Shown here: positions 9,411 to 13,697 of the stretch, piece by piece
Layout of the letters: every line of letters begins with the position of its first letter
Position numbering within the stretch: the first letter of the stretch is position 1
NCBI RefSeq assembly: GCF_006345805.1
Contig: NW_021826058.1
Coordinates: 1-13,697 of the forward strand
Direction: 5' to 3'
Source: Octopus sinensis
Lineage: Eukaryota
DNA length: 13,697 nucleotides
Position numbers and translations under genes: made by a program
The notes under the pieces: generated by a model
Database searches by the model: none
What the model was told of the DNA's origin: nothing
The model's input: the letters and a program-made list of their open reading frames with translations, nothing else

Positions 9411-9952
9411 CATTGCTGTTGTTTAACACCTTCAGCTCTTAGCGAACAGACCAATGTTCAAATAGGTTTTGCCTTTGATAACCCAGCTTTCATTTCAGAC
9501 CTAATCTATATAAGACTATATTATGAAATATTATTTTCCATTTTATTTTTAAACGGTTTGGTATGATTTGAAGGAGATATCATCCAAACTGAGTGTATGT
9601 ATAAATATCTTCCTAAAATCATTTCCTACTTTCTTAAAACTTAAAATGAAAGCGCATATTTCATAATCTAGTCCTACATTATGCGAAACAAGATCCTTAA
9701 TTACGCAGCCATGACTTCGCCAAAATATATGCGTTGCTGCCTTTCCTATTTTTGTGCAGTATTTAGATTTCAAGTTGTGTGTTGTTATAAACATCAATAT
9801 TCCGGGTAAGATTTTGTATATTTTTAAAACCTTATACCACCAATATGCAGTTATATAATATATAATTTATGAATGAGAGAGTGCTGGAAAGTTTCTGGTT
9901 TTGGTTAAAAGAAAATACTGGAGGATCAGTTAATTATGATTTTCGTTCAACA

Positions 9953-10585
<633 letters not shown>

Positions 10586-10849
10586 AATATTCCCCTCTAA
10601 GATTCACACGCTAATTTCAGCGATCCTTCAGATTTTCTAAGCCCTGTAAAAGAACTCGGAAGGTTGAGCCCCCAGCTGAGCCTTTCGCGGAACCCTTAAA
10701 GCCAGGAACTTTTCAGCATCCCCTCGTATATATACATTCACAAAACGCGTGTACGCACGCACTCACACACGCGCGCACACACGCACACACACACATACAC
10801 ACACACGCACAGTGTTCCCCCGGAGCAGCCCTGGGTTTCCCGCGCGTCC

Positions 10850-10935
10850 ACGAGCCTATGCAAACTTAAACAGCAGACCTAAAATTGCTGCTTCTATAAA
10901 AAGCGTCTCCGGGGAGCGAACTACCTATTCACGTC
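10850..10935 (+). promoter_or_regulatory. Candidate Pol II promoter (octamer-like + TATA)
   Basis: ATGCAAAC at 10858-10865, TATAAAAAG at 10895-10903, CpG-rich surroundings. Confidence 0.3.
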
Positions 10936-11378
10936 CTCCTAGCTACGCTACGGCATACACACACGTATATGGATAATCGACCACAGGAGATTTAAACTCC
11001 CCACAAAAATATCCAGAAGCCAGTTACATAGAACTTAGGGAGACATATATATATGTACGTCTCAACATACATCATAATTCGTTTCATCGCATGGGTTTGT
11101 TCTCCAATTAAAACTTAATTAGAAAACCTATGAGGAAAGTCTACGCGAAAGAAATGAGATGGAAAAGTGGAATCCAGACAATACCGATAGAAAGAAGTCA
11201 TGCATTCATTAACCGTGTCAGGATATTCGGGTAATATTTCATTGCCCAGGCTGTCACTCATCAACCATAATAATAAACTAGGATCAGATGATAGCGTTGT
11301 ATATATATAATATTTGGGGTCATGAGGGATGGAACATGCCAAGAAATGACTCGTCAAATTTTTTAAGTGGTTACAAAC

Positions 11379-11379
<1 letters not shown>

Positions 11380-11412
<33 letters not shown>

Positions 11413-11436
11413 TATATTATTATATATATATATATC

Positions 11437-11469
<33 letters not shown>

Positions 11470-11470
11470 A
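11380..11470. repeat. (ATAC)n/(TA)n microsatellite
   Basis: Directly visible. Confidence 0.95.
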
Positions 11471-11748
11471 TGTTGGTAAGCGAAATAGCACCAATGGAAT
11501 GTGGTGTATGTGGGGTATGAGGGGGATAAGAGACAGACAGCTGGGCAACTTGAAAGGTTATAACAGGTAGACAAATATTCAAAAGGTACTGGACAAAATG
11601 TGAATACACGCATGCGCACACGCACGCATGCACACACAAAATTAACATAATGTAATGTTGTGTATAGGGAATTGCACGATAAAAATAGTAGGAGGAAGAG
11701 ATGTAGACATATGTCTCGGGTGAACACTTGATATATATATATATAGAT

Positions 11749-11826
11749 GACAAACAAGGACAGACAAACAGATTAAAGTCGATTATATCGACCCCAGTGC
11801 GTAACTGGTACTTAATGTATCGACCC
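11749..11826 (-). mobile_element. SINE family B internal fragment
   Basis: Near-identical to 12492-12569 (gacaaacaaggacagacaaa...tcgaccccagtgcgtaactggtacttaat). Confidence 0.85.
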
Positions 11827-12030
11827 ATGATAGATCGTTAGCTACTACACATTTTTTTCTGTCCTTGTTTCTCTCCTTGTTTTTTCTATGTACCTTTCTG
11901 TAAAAGAGCGTAGGCTCGAAACGTAAAAGACTTTTTCTATTCCTGAGCGCTATACTAATACATCTGTTTGTTTGTACACCACCTGCCTTCGTCTTTTGTT
12001 TATTTTCGTAAACTTTCCCTTTATATATAA
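11827..12030 (+). mobile_element. Probable Penelope-like pseudo-LTR remnant with a degenerate minimal hammerhead motif
   Basis: cttt-CTGTAAAA-GAGC-gtag-GCTC-GAAACGTA-aaag at 11894-11929, followed by a U-rich stretch ending in TA repeats. Confidence 0.45.
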
Positions 12031-12099
12031 ATATATATTGATGGAAATGATAAGACAACAAAAGAATGAAACAGACCTCGATATTATGTAAATAGAGGA

Positions 12100-12334
12100 A
12101 TTTATCTGTAAATATATGACAATTTTTCGGTAGCCATGATAAAACTCCCACTTTCGGTTGTCGGGGCGGAAACCCACACTGCCATCTCTTCAGTTATCCA
12201 GCCATTTTCATAGCATCTTTTCGATGGCAGGATAACTGAAGAGATGGCGGCGTGGGTTTCCGCCCCGACATCCGAAACTCGGAGTTTTATCATGGCTGCC
12301 GAAAAATTGTCACATATTATATTTACAGATAAAT
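12100..12334. mobile_element. Long foldback (MITE-like) inverted repeat, arms ~106/111 bp, 18-nt loop
   Basis: 12100-12205 is nearly the reverse complement of 12224-12334 (e.g. gccatctcttcagttatcc / ggataactgaagagatggc). Confidence 0.9.
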
Positions 12335-12335
12335 A

Positions 12336-13260
12336 GTTGATTACATAAACCCCAGTGTTTTACTGGTACTTAATTTATCGAACCTGAAAGGATGAAAGGC
12401 AAATTTGACCTCGGCGGAATTTCAACTCAGAACGTAGCGACAGACGAAATACCTATTTCTTTACTGCCCACAAGGGGCTAAACACAGAGGGGACAAACAA
12501 GGACAGACAAAGGTATTAAGTCGACTACATCGACCCCAGTGCGTAACTGGTACTTAATTTATCGACCCCGAAAGAATGTGTAGTGATCCTATGCAACGGC
12601 GCGCGCTCGCGCACCGTCTATTTCTATTTCGCGCGTGCGGGGTTGGTGCTTTCACCACCGGAAGTAGGACCATTTGCCTACGTGGAAGTTTAGCCGCGAG
12701 GCAGGGGAGCGTGAACCTTAAAGGGGTCCAGAGTGAAATAGCAGCAGTCAGCGGCGACTTGAGACACAGCCTTCGAAGGAACAGGACGTGAATTCTTTCT
12801 CTCTCCGGACTTGACATAGCAGCAGCCTTTACCAAAAGACTTTTAACCAGGATTTGTTGCCGACCACATTATTTTCTCTCCCTATTCGACGCCATCTTGG
12901 TTGTGTCGTTAGCATTTGAACACTGTAAATTCTACAGCGATAAAGTTCAGCTCTGACACATCCATACCAAGCGGATACCAGATACACCACTTATTTGTTA
13001 CTGTCATAAGAGAATAAAGTAGATATATATTTTTTACGTCTGCGTCTTGTTTGTTTCTGACTGGTAGAATCTGGATATTAAAGCAACGGAAAGTGATTGC
13101 AGCTTCTTGCACCCTAAAAGTGCAGAGAAGACGTTCACCGTTCGTTACAAATGAAAGGCAAAATCGACCTCGGCGGAATTTGAACTCAGAACGTAACGGC
13201 AGACGAAATACGGCTACGCATTTCGCCCGACGTGCTAACGTTTCTGCCAGCTCGCCACCT
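12336..13260 (-). mobile_element. SINE family B (tRNA head + MetaSINE-like core), head-to-tail dimer interrupted by a solo LTR
   Basis: Head aggtggcgagctggcagaaacgttag at 13260 and B-box-like gagttcaaattcc at 13187-13175. Core gccgaggtcgattttgcctttcat|tctttcggggtcgataaattaagtacc is split by the LTR. The tail ends at 12454 and a second unit runs 12453-12336. Confidence 0.85.
12579..13149 (+). mobile_element. Solo LTR (571 bp), probably Gypsy-type
   Basis: Starts TGTA, ends TACA, and is flanked by a 4-bp duplication AATG (12575-12578, 13150-13153). Removing it rejoins the SINE core gaaagaatg|aaaggc. AATAAA at 13013-13018. Confidence 0.85.
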
Positions 13261-13579
13261 TAAAATAACAGAAGCAAGTAAGCAAAAGACAAAAACGTGT
13301 TAATAAAGAAAAAAATTGGAAATGTGATATTTTTCAAATATTAGTCAGTGTTTCATAGCGGACGTGAGAGCAATAGCGGTGCCAAGGCTGTCAGGGCTTT
13401 AGTTCGGATTATTTCGCTATTTATGGCCCTTCAGACTTTAATTCATACCGTTCATACATACGGTGAGATCTTGAAAGGGAAAGAAAAGAAACTATATTTT
13501 GTTATTCATTTTTTATTGATTTATATTTGTCAGTTTTGTACATTTTATTTGTTTCTTTTGTTTAATACTTTAAGCGGAA

Positions 13580-13697
13580 CACTTGTGTGGCACGCACGCA
13601 CGCACCAACACACACACACACACACACTCACACACACGCGCAAGCGCGCACACACACACACACACATAGAGAAAGACACTCACTCACATAGATACAT
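13580..13697. repeat. (CA)n-type microsatellite
   Basis: Directly visible. Confidence 0.9.

Noticed and set aside
11115-11402. 95-aa minus-strand ORF
   Set aside because: It starts inside a microsatellite, has no recognisable domain and no clear splice signals.

Overview
Eukaryotic, AT-rich, microsatellite-dense DNA with no recognisable host protein-coding gene; it is probably intergenic or intronic. The SINE repertoire resembles that of octopus/cephalopod genomes (my recognition, not a database result). Almost all ORF-track entries are microsatellite or antisense artefacts. The main structure is a nested set at 349-3190: a 1.7 kb non-LTR element (1096-2794) encoding only an RRM-like plus CCHC ORF1, with no reverse transcriptase. 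It is flanked by a perfect 19-bp target-site duplication and sits inside the second copy of a ~410-bp direct repeat whose first copy shows the empty site. Its last 25 nt match (22/25) the 3' tail of a tRNA-derived SINE at 12454-12478, suggesting two non-autonomous parasites using the same unseen LINE. The rest of the window holds an RTE LINE 3' remnant, several tRNA-derived SINEs, a solo LTR nested in a SINE, a Lep1/DINE-like element, two long foldback elements, a degenerate hammerhead-like motif and two promoter-like clusters.
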